Positions 1-9,253 of a stretch of 64,000 bases of DNA are shown here, piece by piece (position 1 is the stretch's first letter; every line of letters begins with the position of its first letter). Origin of the DNA: Gaiellaceae bacterium (GTDB lineage Bacteria; Actinomycetota; Thermoleophilia; Gaiellales; Gaiellaceae). A program made the translations under genes and the position numbers. Under the pieces are notes generated by a model that saw nothing but the letters and a program-made list of their open reading frames with translations, was not told where the DNA came from and searched no databases. The DNA lies in NCBI GenBank assembly GCA_035252585.1, contig DATFCX010000010.1, positions 483 to 64,482 on the forward strand. The letters run 5' to 3'.

Positions 1-159
1 GGCCTGCCCGAGGGCACGGAGATCGTGGCCTACTGCCACTCCGGCTCACGCTCCGCACTGGCGACGCTCGCCCTGCGCTCCGCGGGGTACGAGGCGCGCA
101 ACTACGCAGGCTCCTGGCACGAGTGGAGCCGTCACGACGAGCTACCGCTCGAGCGCTAG
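1..159 (+). CDS. rhodanese-domain sulfurtransferase, C-terminal fragment (5' end outside window)
   Basis: Frame 1 is open from base 1 and reads GLPEGTEIVAYCHSGSRSALATLALRSAGYEARNYAGSWHEWSRHDELPLER, with stop TAG at 157-159. CHSGSRS matches the rhodanese catalytic Cys loop (C-x-x-G-x-R-S/T). It is absent from the ORF track because it has no start in the window. Confidence 0.7.
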   Translation, partial: GLPEGTEIVAYCHSGSRSALATLALRSAGYEARNYAGSWHEWSRHDELPLER

Positions 160-179
160 CCGACGTACGCTTCGGACGC

Positions 180-614
180 GTGAAACGCCGGTATGTCGTA
201 CTGGCCGGAATGGTCGTCGCCGCGGGCGTCGCGTTCGCCCTGGCAACTTCGAGCGCGCGTTCCGGCGGTTCCGGGCCAGGTCTGTTCTCGACGATTCCCA
301 CTGGGAAGCTGGCGGCCGGCGGCATCACGCTGACCGCGCCGCACGGGTCGACCCCGTCGGCGGCCGCCGGCCGGGCAGCCGCGAGGGCAGCCGGTCGCGC
401 CTTCGGGGAAAAGCTCCTCGAGTACCACTACGCCTATTGCTCCGACACCCAGCACGTGCCGCCGCTCGCCCAGGACTGTTGGGCCGTGTCCCTCGACCCG
501 AGCGGCCATGGAGGCGGCGGGGCTCCGCAGACCGGACCGCCGAGCGCGGCTACCTACCTTTTCGTCCTCGTCGATCCGTCCACCGACGCGGTGATCGAGG
601 GCCAGTCGGACTGA
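180..614 (+). CDS. hypothetical membrane-anchored/secreted protein
   Basis: Track ORF is 123-614. The in-frame GTG at 180 (VKRRYVVLAGMVVAAGVAFALATSSA...) avoids overlap with the upstream gene and gives an N-terminal TM/signal anchor. No recognisable domain; start uncertain. Confidence 0.45.
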   Translation: MKRRYVVLAGMVVAAGVAFALATSSARSGGSGPGLFSTIPTGKLAAGGITLTAPHGSTPSAAAGRAAARAAGRAFGEKLLEYHYAYCSDTQHVPPLAQDCWAVSLDPSGHGGGGAPQTGPPSAATYLFVLVDPSTDAVIEGQSD

Positions 615-617
615 GGG

Positions 618-1130
618 CTACTCCTCCGGTGCGGGAGGAGCCTCCGGAGGCGCTTCCGCGCGGGCGGCGCTCTCCTGCGCCTGAGCCCACGGCATCGCTT
701 CGCCCGATGCGCGCATCTCCATGACCGCGGCGGCGACCTCCGCGATGCCGGCGATCAGCGCCAGGTAGATGCCGTACCTCGCCCCGACGCCGTAGCTGAT
801 CCCGACGGCGTGAAGGCGGGGGAAGCTCACCCAGCGAATGATCACGAGCAGTAGCCCGAGCGCGGCGACACCCGCGACGAGCGTCGCCGGGCCGATCCGC
901 AGCGACGGCAACGTCGCGCCCGAGCGGCGGAGCACCACGAGCGCCCCCGCGATCGTCAGGAGCAGCCCTCCGGCCCAGGCCGAGAAGCCGGCCGACCAGC
1001 CGCTGACCGACGCGCTGAACGGACCCACGCTGACGCCGTACCAGGGCAAGAAGAGCGCGATGAACGCGACGGCCGCTCCGCCTGCGATCACGCGATCCAG
1101 CGTGCTCATGCTCTTCCAGTCGAACCGCAT
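618..1130 (-). CDS. hypothetical polytopic membrane protein (single copy of the LPW module seen at 34666-36240)
   Basis: 170-aa ORF with several hydrophobic spans. AVAFIALFLPWYGVSVGPFSASVSGWSAGF resembles the repeated ...LFLPWQ.../...FLLPWQ... modules of the 524-aa protein at 34666-36240. Pro/Glu/Ala-rich C-terminal tail. Confidence 0.55.
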   Translation of the reverse strand: MRFDWKSMSTLDRVIAGGAAVAFIALFLPWYGVSVGPFSASVSGWSAGFSAWAGGLLLTIAGALVVLRRSGATLPSLRIGPATLVAGVAALGLLLVIIRWVSFPRLHAVGISYGVGARYGIYLALIAGIAEVAAAVMEMRASGEAMPWAQAQESAARAEAPPEAPPAPEE

Positions 1131-1289
1131 CTCCCCACCTCCAGAGCCGAAAATCCCCCCGACCGCGCGCTATCGTGAACCGCCTGCCGACCGGAGTCAA
1201 GGCGCGCGACCGGCGCTGCTCCTTGAACGGCGCGCTCCGCAGGTGAAGAATGTGCCGATCGAAGCAACCGGACGGGAGAGGAGCTCAGC

Positions 1290-1700
1290 ATGATTCACAC
1301 TCGGCCTTCACGGCGGCGGATCGCGCGGGCGATCCCCGTCCTCTGGATCGCCGCGCTGCTGGCCGTGTGCTGCGCCGGCACCGCCGTCGCCGCGGCGGGC
1401 TCACACGCGACGTCGCAGGCGAAGCTCAGCGGCAAATGGAAGGGGAGCTACAGCGGCGCGGTGTCGGGCCACTTCACGATCCACTGGAAGCAGACCGGGA
1501 CGAAGCTCAGCGGGACCATCGCCCTCTCGAAGCCGAAGGGGAAGTACGGCATCGGCGGCCACGTACGCCAGGGCAAGATCAAGTTCGGGGCGGTCGGGGT
1601 CGGGGCCACCTACAAGGGCAAGGTGCACGGGACCCAGATGTCCGGGACCTGGAACAGCCCTCAGGGCGGCGGGAAGTGGAGCGCGCACAAGGTCTCCTGA
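1290..1700 (+). CDS. hypothetical secreted protein
   Basis: SD-like GGAGAGGAG lies upstream of the ATG. Signal-peptide-like N-terminus (RRRIARAIPVLWIAALLAVCCAGTAVAAAG). The mature part is Gly/Lys-rich with reiterated SG(K/T)W motifs. No known domain recognised. Confidence 0.55.
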   Translation: MIHTRPSRRRIARAIPVLWIAALLAVCCAGTAVAAAGSHATSQAKLSGKWKGSYSGAVSGHFTIHWKQTGTKLSGTIALSKPKGKYGIGGHVRQGKIKFGAVGVGATYKGKVHGTQMSGTWNSPQGGGKWSAHKVS

Positions 1701-1719
1701 CGGCTCGACCGGACGAAGA

Positions 1720-2538
1720 CTAGGAGAGCGCGATCAGCGCGACGCCGGCCGCGACCGCGACGGCGCCCGTGAGCCGTTCCACGCCCACGCGTTCGCGGAG
1801 GAACGCGCCGGCGAGTAGCGCGGCGAGCACAACGCTCGTCTCGCGCACGGCGGCCACCGCGGGTGCGGAAGCGAGGCGCAGGGCGGCCAGCACGAGCGCG
1901 TAGGCGCCGAAAGAGGCCGCGGCCGTGAGCAGCGCGCTCCAGCCGAGCTCCGCCCGGAGTACGGCGGCGCCTCGCCGGGCGGCCACGAGCGGCAGAGCGA
2001 CGAGCCCGACGGGAGTCATGACGAGCTCGAGGTAAGGGAGCGCCGCGGCGTGCTGCAGCCCGTCCTTGTCCACGAGCGTGTAGCCGGCGATGGCGCAGCC
2101 GATCGCCAGCGCGACGAGCACGCCCTCCGCCCCACGCCTGATCCCGCGGACGAGCACGACGCCGACCGCGACGAGACAGACGCCGGCCGCCGCTCCGGCC
2201 GAGACGTGGCGGCCGAGCACGACCGCCGTGCCGAGCAGGACGAGCAGCGGCGCCGATCCTCGCGCGACCGGATAGACGACGGAGAGCTCCCGCCGGCGAT
2301 ACGCGGCGACGAGGAGCGCGAAGTACGCGCCCTCGAAGGCGGCCGAGGCGGCGACGTACGGCGCGACCGCCCACGAGACCGACCACGTCGTGGCGGCGAC
2401 CGGCGCGAAGATCAGCAGCGAGAGCCCGAGGACGACTGCGGTGCGGGCCTCGACGTCCTCCGACCCGCGGAGGAGGACGTTCCAGCCCGCATGGAGGACG
2501 GCCGCCGCCAGCGCGAGGGCGAGGGCGTCAGCGGGCAA
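1720..2538 (-). CDS. DMT-superfamily (EamA-like) permease
   Basis: 272-aa very hydrophobic ORF with about 9-10 predicted spans. The N-terminus ALALALAAAVLHAGWNVLLR is typical of EamA-type transporters. It overlaps the upstream GATase gene by 11 nt. Confidence 0.6.
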   Translation of the reverse strand: MPADALALALAAAVLHAGWNVLLRGSEDVEARTAVVLGLSLLIFAPVAATTWSVSWAVAPYVAASAAFEGAYFALLVAAYRRRELSVVYPVARGSAPLLVLLGTAVVLGRHVSAGAAAGVCLVAVGVVLVRGIRRGAEGVLVALAIGCAIAGYTLVDKDGLQHAAALPYLELVMTPVGLVALPLVAARRGAAVLRAELGWSALLTAAASFGAYALVLAALRLASAPAVAAVRETSVVLAALLAGAFLRERVGVERLTGAVAVAAGVALIALS

Positions 2539-3217
2539 GCCGCTCGGCCGCGGCGAGGAACGAGCGGCGGAGGCTGCGGCCGAGCTCGTTCCAGTCGCCG
2601 ATCCGCTCGCGCGTCTCGGCGCGGAGGCGGTTCGGGTCGGCCGGGAGGTCGCTCTTGTCGCCGATCCAGCGCTCGAGCTGAGGCTCCGTCACCTCGGGAT
2701 GGAACTGCACGCCCCAGCACGCGTCCCCGAGGCGGAACCCCTGCAGCGACGCCGCGCTGTGCGCGAGCGCGACGGCTCCTTCCGGCAGCTCGTGCGCGTA
2801 GTGATGCCACTGGAGCGCCTCGAACCGCGGCGGCAGCGACGAGAGAACGGGGTCCGCCGCGCCGGCGTCGGTCAGCTCGACCTCGGTCCAGCCGATCTCG
2901 GGTACGGGGAGCGGCCCGACCCAGGCGCCCGCGGCCCGGGCGAGGAGCTGGGAGCCGAGGCAGACGCCGAGGGTCGGCGTCGTCCCGTCGAGCAAGGTGT
3001 CGAGCCAGCCCGACTCGTCCCGCAGCCACGGGTGCTGCTCCTCCTGGTCGACGTGCATCGCGCCGCCGAAGACGAGCACGGCGTCGTACGCGTCGACCGG
3101 TGGCGGTGGTCCCTCCGCGAAGCTCAGCTCGTCGAACCGGTGCCCGAGCTCGGTGACCACCGCACCGAAGAGCTCGCTGCCCGCGTCCCCCGGGTGCACG
3201 ATCGAGAGGACGTTCAC
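2528..3217 (-). CDS. class I glutamine amidotransferase-like protein
   Basis: GVCLGSQLL nucleophile elbow and [10 protein letters not shown] His/Glu motif. Size (229 aa) fits a stand-alone GATase1. Confidence 0.8.
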   Translation of the reverse strand: MNVLSIVHPGDAGSELFGAVVTELGHRFDELSFAEGPPPPVDAYDAVLVFGGAMHVDQEEQHPWLRDESGWLDTLLDGTTPTLGVCLGSQLLARAAGAWVGPLPVPEIGWTEVELTDAGAADPVLSSLPPRFEALQWHHYAHELPEGAVALAHSAASLQGFRLGDACWGVQFHPEVTEPQLERWIGDKSDLPADPNRLRAETRERIGDWNELGRSLRRSFLAAAERLAR

Positions 3218-3227
3218 GGCCGGCAGC

Positions 3228-4172
3228 CTATGCTCCGCCGCTCGCGGCGATCCGGTTCACGTCGAGGAGGCGCCGCAGCTGCCGGGCGTTCGTCGCCGCC
3301 TGCGAGACGCGCCCGAGCGGGTTCTCGGGATCCTCGGACGACGCGTTGTTGTTGAAGAAGGCGTAGGCCTGCTCCGACTGCCCGGCGAGCTCTTGCAGCG
3401 GCTCGACCCACTCGCCGAGCTCGTCGTCGGAGTAGAGGTAGTCAAAGCGCTCGGCCGCCGAGCCGCCGCGCCTGTTCCAGGTCGCGAGGTTGCGGCCGTG
3501 GAATCGGACGTACGCGGTCGGGGAGGTCGTCGCGACGACGGTGGGGACGAGGTTCTTCGCAGTGTCGGAGCGTGGCGCGTCGACGACGACGTAGCCGGCG
3601 CCGATCCGCTCGAGGAAGGCGAGGCTCGCGGCCCGGTTCTCGTCGTCCAGCCACGAGCGGTGCCGGAACTCGACGAGCATCTCGTCGTCGCCGAGCTGCT
3701 CCCGCGCCCACTCGAGGTAGTCGAGCGACGCCTCCTTGTAGACGACGTACGGCGGCAGCTGGAGGAGGATGCCGCCGAGCTTGCCCGCGGCGCGGAGCGG
3801 CTCGAGCGCTGCGAGGAAGCGGCGGAAGATCTCTCCGCGGAGCTCGCGCGGCGGACGGTCGACCCGGCCGCGCTCGTCCACGGGCATCTCGCCGCGCAGG
3901 TCCTCCGGGATCACCTCCGCCTTGACCGGATGGCGCGTCATGAGGCCGAACGCCTTGATGTGCATCGTGAAGCCGTCCGGCGTCCGCTCGGCCCAGCCCT
4001 GCACCATCGACTCGCTCGGCAGGCGGTAGAACGTCGAGTCGACCTCGACCGTGTCGAAGTGCTCGGCGTACCAGGCGAGCCGCTCCTTGGCGGGCAGCTT
4101 CGGCGGATAGAACCACTTCGAGAGCGCCTCGTCGGCCCAGGAGCAGGTGCCGATCCGGATCGTCGCCGCCAT
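3228..4172 (-). CDS. DUF72 (YecE-like) family protein
   Basis: IRIGTCSWADEALSKWFYPPKLPAKERLAWYAEHFDTVEVDSTFYRLP is the canonical DUF72 N-terminus. 314 aa. Confidence 0.85.
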   Translation of the reverse strand: MAATIRIGTCSWADEALSKWFYPPKLPAKERLAWYAEHFDTVEVDSTFYRLPSESMVQGWAERTPDGFTMHIKAFGLMTRHPVKAEVIPEDLRGEMPVDERGRVDRPPRELRGEIFRRFLAALEPLRAAGKLGGILLQLPPYVVYKEASLDYLEWAREQLGDDEMLVEFRHRSWLDDENRAASLAFLERIGAGYVVVDAPRSDTAKNLVPTVVATTSPTAYVRFHGRNLATWNRRGGSAAERFDYLYSDDELGEWVEPLQELAGQSEQAYAFFNNNASSEDPENPLGRVSQAATNARQLRRLLDVNRIAASGGA

Positions 4173-4182
4173 GCGAAGGACG

Positions 4183-5640
4183 CTAACGGGAGACGGTCTT
4201 CCTGAGCAGCGAAAGGTTGAGCGTGACCCGGCGGATCGTGATGGTCGGGGAGCCGCCCGGGCCGGAGACCGGGAGGTAGACGCCGTCCGCCGACGTCGAG
4301 CCGACGGTGACGACGATCCGGCGCCCGCGAGGGACGAGCACCGCCTCGTCGAGCAGCGGGATCTTGACGACGCCCGAGCCCTTCCCGATCCGCGCGGCCC
4401 CTACGGTGACCGGCGCCTTCGCCCCCTTGAACGAGACCATCGCCCTCAGCTCGGTCCAGGCACCCGAGTTACCGGAGTAGCGGACGCTGACGGAGCTGTC
4501 CCCGAAGGTTTCGAAGGGGCCGCCGGTGAGCCGCACCGATCGCTTCACCGACCTGTTCGACGCGATGCCCTTCGTCCCCGGCAGGTTCACGCTCTCGTGG
4601 CGCGTCCGCGGCAGGCCCTTGAAGAAGCTCGTCGAGCCGTCCCACGGATCGTGCGCGAGCTCGACGCCGCCGCCCGGGCCGGGCGGATGCTCGCCTACGA
4701 CGGCGAGGTACTCCCTGAGCCAGCCCACCGCCTCGGCGACGACGCGCAGCTGCTCGGCCGCGGGGTTCTGCGCCGGCAGATGGCCGAGGTCGCCGACGTA
4801 GAGACGCTTCGGCCCTCCGAGCAGCTTGTACGCCGCCCGCGCCTGGTCCAGGTCGAAGAGAAAGTCGTGGCGCCCCTGCACGAGCAGCGTCGGCACGGTG
4901 AGGGCGTGGAGCCTGGAACGGGAGGAGCGCGCCGCCTCCGTGCTCTCGACTGCGGAGGTCACGTTCCCGCCGAGCAGATCCGTCCTGGCCTGGGTGAGCG
5001 AGGAGTCCCAGCGCGCGAGGGGCACGGCCGCGGCGAGCCGCCCGAGCAGGCCGCCTCTCGGCACGCCGTCCGGGTTGAGGGCCGTTCCGAGGTCCGTCCA
5101 CGTGATCGCCGGCACGATCGCCTCGAAGGGAACGCCCGCGACGGCTGCGTTCCAGACGGCGCTGCCGCCGATCGAGAGGCCGAAGGCGCCGATGCGTGTG
5201 TTCGAGACGTCCCCGCGCGCCGCGAGCCACGCGAAGAGATCCCGTACGTCCTGCACCTCCTTCGGCCCGTCGAGTCCGAACTTGCCGCCGGACGCGCCGG
5301 TGCCGCGCGCGTCGCACGCGAGGGAGGCGAAGCCTGCCGGAGCGAGGGCGGCGTTCGCGATCGTCTCCATGTAACGGTGGTCCTGGCCGAGCCCGTGGAA
5401 GAGCAGGACGCCGGGCCAGCCACCCGACGGCGCGCTGCCGCCCGGCAGGACGAGCCCACACGCGAGCTTCGTCCCGTCCGAGACCGTGATCGTCAGCTCC
5501 TGCGTCGTCTTGCCGCCGGCACGCGTCGCCGCGAAGACGGCCGAGGCCCCGCCGCACACGAGCACCGCTGCGACCACGGCGACGACGGCTCTGGCACGAC
5601 CCACGAGCCGCACGCTAGCGCGCTTTACGATGCGCGTCAT
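4183..5640 (-). CDS. secreted alpha/beta hydrolase, CocE/NonD (peptidase S15)-like
   Basis: Track ORF is 4183-5712. The internal ATG at 5640 gives MTRIVKRASVRLVGRARAVVAVVAAVLVCGGASAVFA, which is signal-like. GLSIGGS nucleophile elbow, and a C-terminal beta-sandwich-like region as in X-Pro dipeptidyl-peptidase family proteins. Confidence 0.7.
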   Translation of the reverse strand: MTRIVKRASVRLVGRARAVVAVVAAVLVCGGASAVFAATRAGGKTTQELTITVSDGTKLACGLVLPGGSAPSGGWPGVLLFHGLGQDHRYMETIANAALAPAGFASLACDARGTGASGGKFGLDGPKEVQDVRDLFAWLAARGDVSNTRIGAFGLSIGGSAVWNAAVAGVPFEAIVPAITWTDLGTALNPDGVPRGGLLGRLAAAVPLARWDSSLTQARTDLLGGNVTSAVESTEAARSSRSRLHALTVPTLLVQGRHDFLFDLDQARAAYKLLGGPKRLYVGDLGHLPAQNPAAEQLRVVAEAVGWLREYLAVVGEHPPGPGGGVELAHDPWDGSTSFFKGLPRTRHESVNLPGTKGIASNRSVKRSVRLTGGPFETFGDSSVSVRYSGNSGAWTELRAMVSFKGAKAPVTVGAARIGKGSGVVKIPLLDEAVLVPRGRRIVVTVGSTSADGVYLPVSGPGGSPTITIRRVTLNLSLLRKTVSR

Positions 5641-6460
5641 GGACTCGCGGCCCGTGGGCGTCTTCGATTCCGGCGTGGGCGGGCTGACCGTCCTCCACGA
5701 GTGTCTCGTCACGATGTCGAACGAGGACTTCGTCTATCTCGGCGACCACGCGCGCCTGCCGTACGGGCCGCGGCCGCTCGCGGAGATCCGCCGCTTCGCG
5801 CGTGAGATCGGCGCCTATCTCGAGCAGCAGGACGTGAAGCTGATCCTCGTCGCGTGCAACGCAGCGACATCGGCCGCGCTCCCGCGGCTGCAGGAGGAGC
5901 TGACCGTGCCGGTCGTCGGCGTGATCACGCCCGAGGCGCACGCTGCGGTGCAGGCGACGCGGAACCGGCGGGTCGGCCTCCTCGCGACCGCGGCGACGGT
6001 GGAGGCCGGGCGCTACGCCGAGCTCGTGCATGCGCTCGACGCCGGCATTTCCTTCCACCCGGTCGCGTGCCCACGGCTCGTGCCGCTCATCGAGGGCGGC
6101 GATCCGTACGGCGAGGAGACGGAGGGCGCGGTGCGCGAGTACGCGGCGCCGCTGCAGGCGGAGGGAGTCGACACCGTGATCCTCGGCTGCACGCACTATC
6201 CGCTGATCCGCAAGATCTTCGAGCGCGTCTTCGGGCGCGACGTGACGCTCGTCTTCTCGGCGGAGGAGACGGCCCGCGAGGTCGCGGAGACGCTCTCGCG
6301 CAAGGGCGTCGAGAACGAGCGCGGCCGGGTCGGCGCCTACCGCTTCCTCACGACCGGCGATCCCGAGGCGTTCCGCGAGCTCGGCCGCCGCTTCCTCCAG
6401 CTTCCGTTGAGCGAGGTCGAGCACGTCACGGTGGCGACGCTCGAGGGAGCAGCCGCGTGA
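5630..6460 (+). CDS. murI: glutamate racemase
   Basis: VGVFDSGVGGLTV, LVACNAATS and LGCTHYPL motifs carry the two catalytic Cys. The track ORF starts at 5486, but the conserved N-terminus begins at ATG 5630 (or 5639). Diverges from the hydrolase gene with about 11 nt start overlap. Confidence 0.9.
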   Translation: MRVMDSRPVGVFDSGVGGLTVLHECLVTMSNEDFVYLGDHARLPYGPRPLAEIRRFAREIGAYLEQQDVKLILVACNAATSAALPRLQEELTVPVVGVITPEAHAAVQATRNRRVGLLATAATVEAGRYAELVHALDAGISFHPVACPRLVPLIEGGDPYGEETEGAVREYAAPLQAEGVDTVILGCTHYPLIRKIFERVFGRDVTLVFSAEETAREVAETLSRKGVENERGRVGAYRFLTTGDPEAFRELGRRFLQLPLSEVEHVTVATLEGAAA

Positions 6461-7173
6461 GCGCTCGGGAGGGAGGGCGGAAGCCCGACCGGCTCCGCGC
6501 GATCTCCTTCGAGCCGGATTTCCTCGAGAATCCGCACGGCTCGGTCGTGATCACCCAGGGCAGGACCAAGGTGCTCTGCACGGCGATGGTCGAGGAGGAC
6601 GTGCCGCGCTGGCTGCGCAACCAGGGCCGCGGCTGGATCACCGCGGAGTACTCGCTCCTGCCGGCCTCGACCGGCGATCGCGTCCAGCGGGAGGCGGCGC
6701 GTGGCAAGCAGCAGGGACGGACCGTCGAGATCCAGCGGCTGATCGGCCGCGCCGTGCGCGCCGTGGCCGACTTCGAGGCGCTCGGCGAGAGGACGCTGTG
6801 GCTCGACTGCGACGTCCTCCAGGCCGACGGCGGCACGCGCTGCGCCGCGATCTGCGGCGCGTACGTCGCCGCGATGCGGGCCCTCGATCGCTTCGGCCTG
6901 TCGCGCACGTTCCGCGACTCCGTCGCGGCCGTGTCCGTCGGCGTCGTCGACGGCGTCCCGCTGCTCGACCTCGACTACGCCGAGGACTCGAACGCGGATA
7001 CGGACATGAACGTCGTGATGACCGGTGACGGACGCCTCGTCGAGGTGCAGGCGACGGCCGAGCGCGACCCGTTCGCGCGCGAGACGCTCGACGAGCTGCT
7101 CGAGCTCGCGGAGGCGGGCATCGGCGAGATCGCGGCGCTCCAGGCCGAGGCGGTCGCGCGTGAGCTCCCCTAG
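6457..7173 (+). CDS. rph: ribonuclease PH
   Basis: GSVVITQGRTKVLCTA, GRTVEIQRLIGRA and DCDVLQADGGTRCAAI motifs. The GTG start at 6457 overlaps the murI stop (GTGA). The longer track ORF (5854-) is an out-of-frame extension over murI. Confidence 0.9.
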   Translation: MSAREGGRKPDRLRAISFEPDFLENPHGSVVITQGRTKVLCTAMVEEDVPRWLRNQGRGWITAEYSLLPASTGDRVQREAARGKQQGRTVEIQRLIGRAVRAVADFEALGERTLWLDCDVLQADGGTRCAAICGAYVAAMRALDRFGLSRTFRDSVAAVSVGVVDGVPLLDLDYAEDSNADTDMNVVMTGDGRLVEVQATAERDPFARETLDELLELAEAGIGEIAALQAEAVARELP

Positions 7174-7858
7174 CGTTCTCGTCCTCGCAGCCGTTGCTCA
7201 CATCGGCTGGCCGGAGGTGCTGTTGCGCCTCTTCGTCGCGGCGGCGCTCGGCGGCGCGATCGGGCTCGAGCGCGAGCTGCGGGAACGCCAGGCCGGGCTG
7301 CGCACGCACCTCGTCGTCTCGGTCGGCTCCGCGCTGTTCACGCTCGTTTCCGCCTACGGCTTCGCGAGCTTCGACGGCAAGGTCGACCCGACCCGGATCG
7401 CCGCGCAGATCGTGAGCGGGATCGGCTTCCTCGGCGCCGGGGCGATCATCCGCCAGGGCCTCTCAGTGCGCGGGCTCACGACCGCGGCCTCGCTCTGGCT
7501 CGTCGCCGCGATCGGCATGGCCGCGGGCGCGGGCTACTGGGACGGCGCGCTCATCGCCACGCTCGGTGCGCTCCTGACGCTCGGGCCCCTGCGCGTCGTC
7601 GCCTTCCGCATCCTCAGCCGCTACCGGCCGGTGCACGACCGCCTCCTCGTCGAGCTCCCGGCCGGCGGCAGCCCGGGACCCGTCATCGACGCGATCGAGC
7701 GGGCCGGCGGGCGCGTCGTCTCGCTCGACGTGACCCAGGAAGGCGAGCGGCGCTCGGTGGCCGCGGACGTGGAGCTGCGGCCCGGCACCGCGGCTGTAGC
7801 CGTCGTGGCCGGCGTCGCGGACGTCGACGGCGTGCTCGAGGTGCAGTGGACGGACTGA
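7160..7858 (+). CDS. MgtC/SapB family membrane protein
   Basis: LLRLFVAAALGGAIGLERELRERQAGLRTHLVVSVGSALFTLVS is the MgtC signature, followed by a soluble ACT-like C-terminal domain. GTG at 7160 overlaps the rph end by 14 nt. Confidence 0.75.
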   Translation: MSSPSVLVLAAVAHIGWPEVLLRLFVAAALGGAIGLERELRERQAGLRTHLVVSVGSALFTLVSAYGFASFDGKVDPTRIAAQIVSGIGFLGAGAIIRQGLSVRGLTTAASLWLVAAIGMAAGAGYWDGALIATLGALLTLGPLRVVAFRILSRYRPVHDRLLVELPAGGSPGPVIDAIERAGGRVVSLDVTQEGERRSVAADVELRPGTAAVAVVAGVADVDGVLEVQWTD

Positions 7859-8415
7859 CCGCGGTCCTGTGCTCGCGGAACCGGCACAAGGCGCGGGAGC
7901 TCGAGCGGCTCCTGCCCGGCTGGACGATCGAGCCGCTCGACCGCGACGACTACCCGCCCGAGACCGGCGCGACGTACTACGAGAACGCGGCGATCAAGGC
8001 CGCGTTCGGCCGGGCGCACGAAAGCGGCTGGATCCTTGCCGAGGATTCGGGCCTCGAGGTGGAGGCGCTCGACGGACGGCCGGGCGTGCTCTCGGCGCGC
8101 TACGCGCCCGAAGGCCCGCCTGCCGTCGCGAAGCTCCTCGGCGAGCTCGAAGGAGTCGGGGACCGCCGCGCGCGCTACGTCTCCGAGCTCGTCCTCCTCG
8201 CGCCCGACGGCCGCGAGCTCCGCGGCACCGGCACGCTCGAGGGGCGGATCGCAGCGGAGGCGCGCGGCAGCGAGGGCTTCGGCTACGACCCGATCTTCGT
8301 CCCGGACGGCGAGGAGCGGACGGTGGCTGAGCTCGGCGACGAGTGGAAGGCCCGGAACTCCCACCGCGCCCGCGCCGCGCGCGCGCTACTCGATTCCCTC
8401 GGCTCCGGTCAGTGA
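7846..8415 (+). CDS. rdgB: non-canonical purine NTP pyrophosphatase (RdgB/HAM1)
   Basis: SRNRHKARE, EDSGLEVEALDGRPGVLSARY and GFGYDPIF motifs. The GTG start overlaps the MgtC-like gene by 13 nt. Confidence 0.9.
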   Translation: MDGLTAVLCSRNRHKARELERLLPGWTIEPLDRDDYPPETGATYYENAAIKAAFGRAHESGWILAEDSGLEVEALDGRPGVLSARYAPEGPPAVAKLLGELEGVGDRRARYVSELVLLAPDGRELRGTGTLEGRIAAEARGSEGFGYDPIFVPDGEERTVAELGDEWKARNSHRARAARALLDSLGSGQ

Positions 8416-9222
8416 CATCGCCTCCGAGGCTGTCCGCCGCTCTCGCCACCACCAGTTGAGCTCGCCGCCGAACACGATCACGTTCGCCATCACGTAGAGC
8501 CAGAGGAGCAGGATCGCCGGCCCGCCCAGCGTCCGCAGCGTCACGTTGACGTCGGCGAAGCGCACGAAGATCGGCAGCGCCTGGAACGACGCCTCCAGCA
8601 CCACCGCACCGAGGATCGCTCCCGGCAGCGCGTCCTCCCAGCGCACCAGGGTGTTCGGCAGCCAGCGGTAGACGACGAGGAGGAAGAGGAAGACGCCGGC
8701 GAGCGACGCTCCGATCGAGACGACGTAGGCGAGGGCGGGGCTGCGTGCGAAGGCGCCGAGATTGTGCTTCAGGAACTCGACTCCGAGCGCGCCGACCACG
8801 AGGCTGACGAACAGCGTGACGAGGACGCTCACCGCCAGCGCCGCGGCCAGCAGCTTCCCGTGCAGGAAGCGCCGGTTCGGAAGCCCGTAGACGATGTTGA
8901 GTGCCGACTCGAGCGCGCTGAAGAACGAGAGCGACGACCAGATGAGGCCGATGCCGCCGATGATCCCGAGAGCGGCCGCGTTGTTCTGGACGCGGCGGAC
9001 GAGCTTGATGATGCTGTCGAGCGAGGTCCCCGGGAAGGCGTGCTTCAGCTCCTTGACGAAGAAGGTGGACGCCTGGGCGCGGTGGGCGAGGCCGAAAAGC
9101 GAGAGCGCGAGGAAGACGAGCGGCACGAACGAGAGGAGGGCGAAGTACGCGACCATCGCCGCCAGGTGCGTGCCGCGGTCGGCGAAGAACTTGCGCACGA
9201 GCTGGCGGCGCCGAATCGTCAC
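8386..9222 (-). CDS. YihY/BrkB family membrane protein (copy 1)
   Basis: AAMVAYFALLSFVPLVFLAL..., LIWSSLSFFSALESALNIVY and the C-terminal ANVIVFGGELN are the YihY pattern. GTG at 9222 (VTIRRRQLVRKF...) was chosen because the upstream part of track ORF 8386-9519 is low-complexity. Confidence 0.8.
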   Translation of the reverse strand: MTIRRRQLVRKFFADRGTHLAAMVAYFALLSFVPLVFLALSLFGLAHRAQASTFFVKELKHAFPGTSLDSIIKLVRRVQNNAAALGIIGGIGLIWSSLSFFSALESALNIVYGLPNRRFLHGKLLAAALAVSVLVTLFVSLVVGALGVEFLKHNLGAFARSPALAYVVSIGASLAGVFLFLLVVYRWLPNTLVRWEDALPGAILGAVVLEASFQALPIFVRFADVNVTLRTLGGPAILLLWLYVMANVIVFGGELNWWWRERRTASEAMSLTGAEGIE

Positions 9223-9253
9223 GCGCGAATCCTCGCTGATAGCCTCGACGGCA

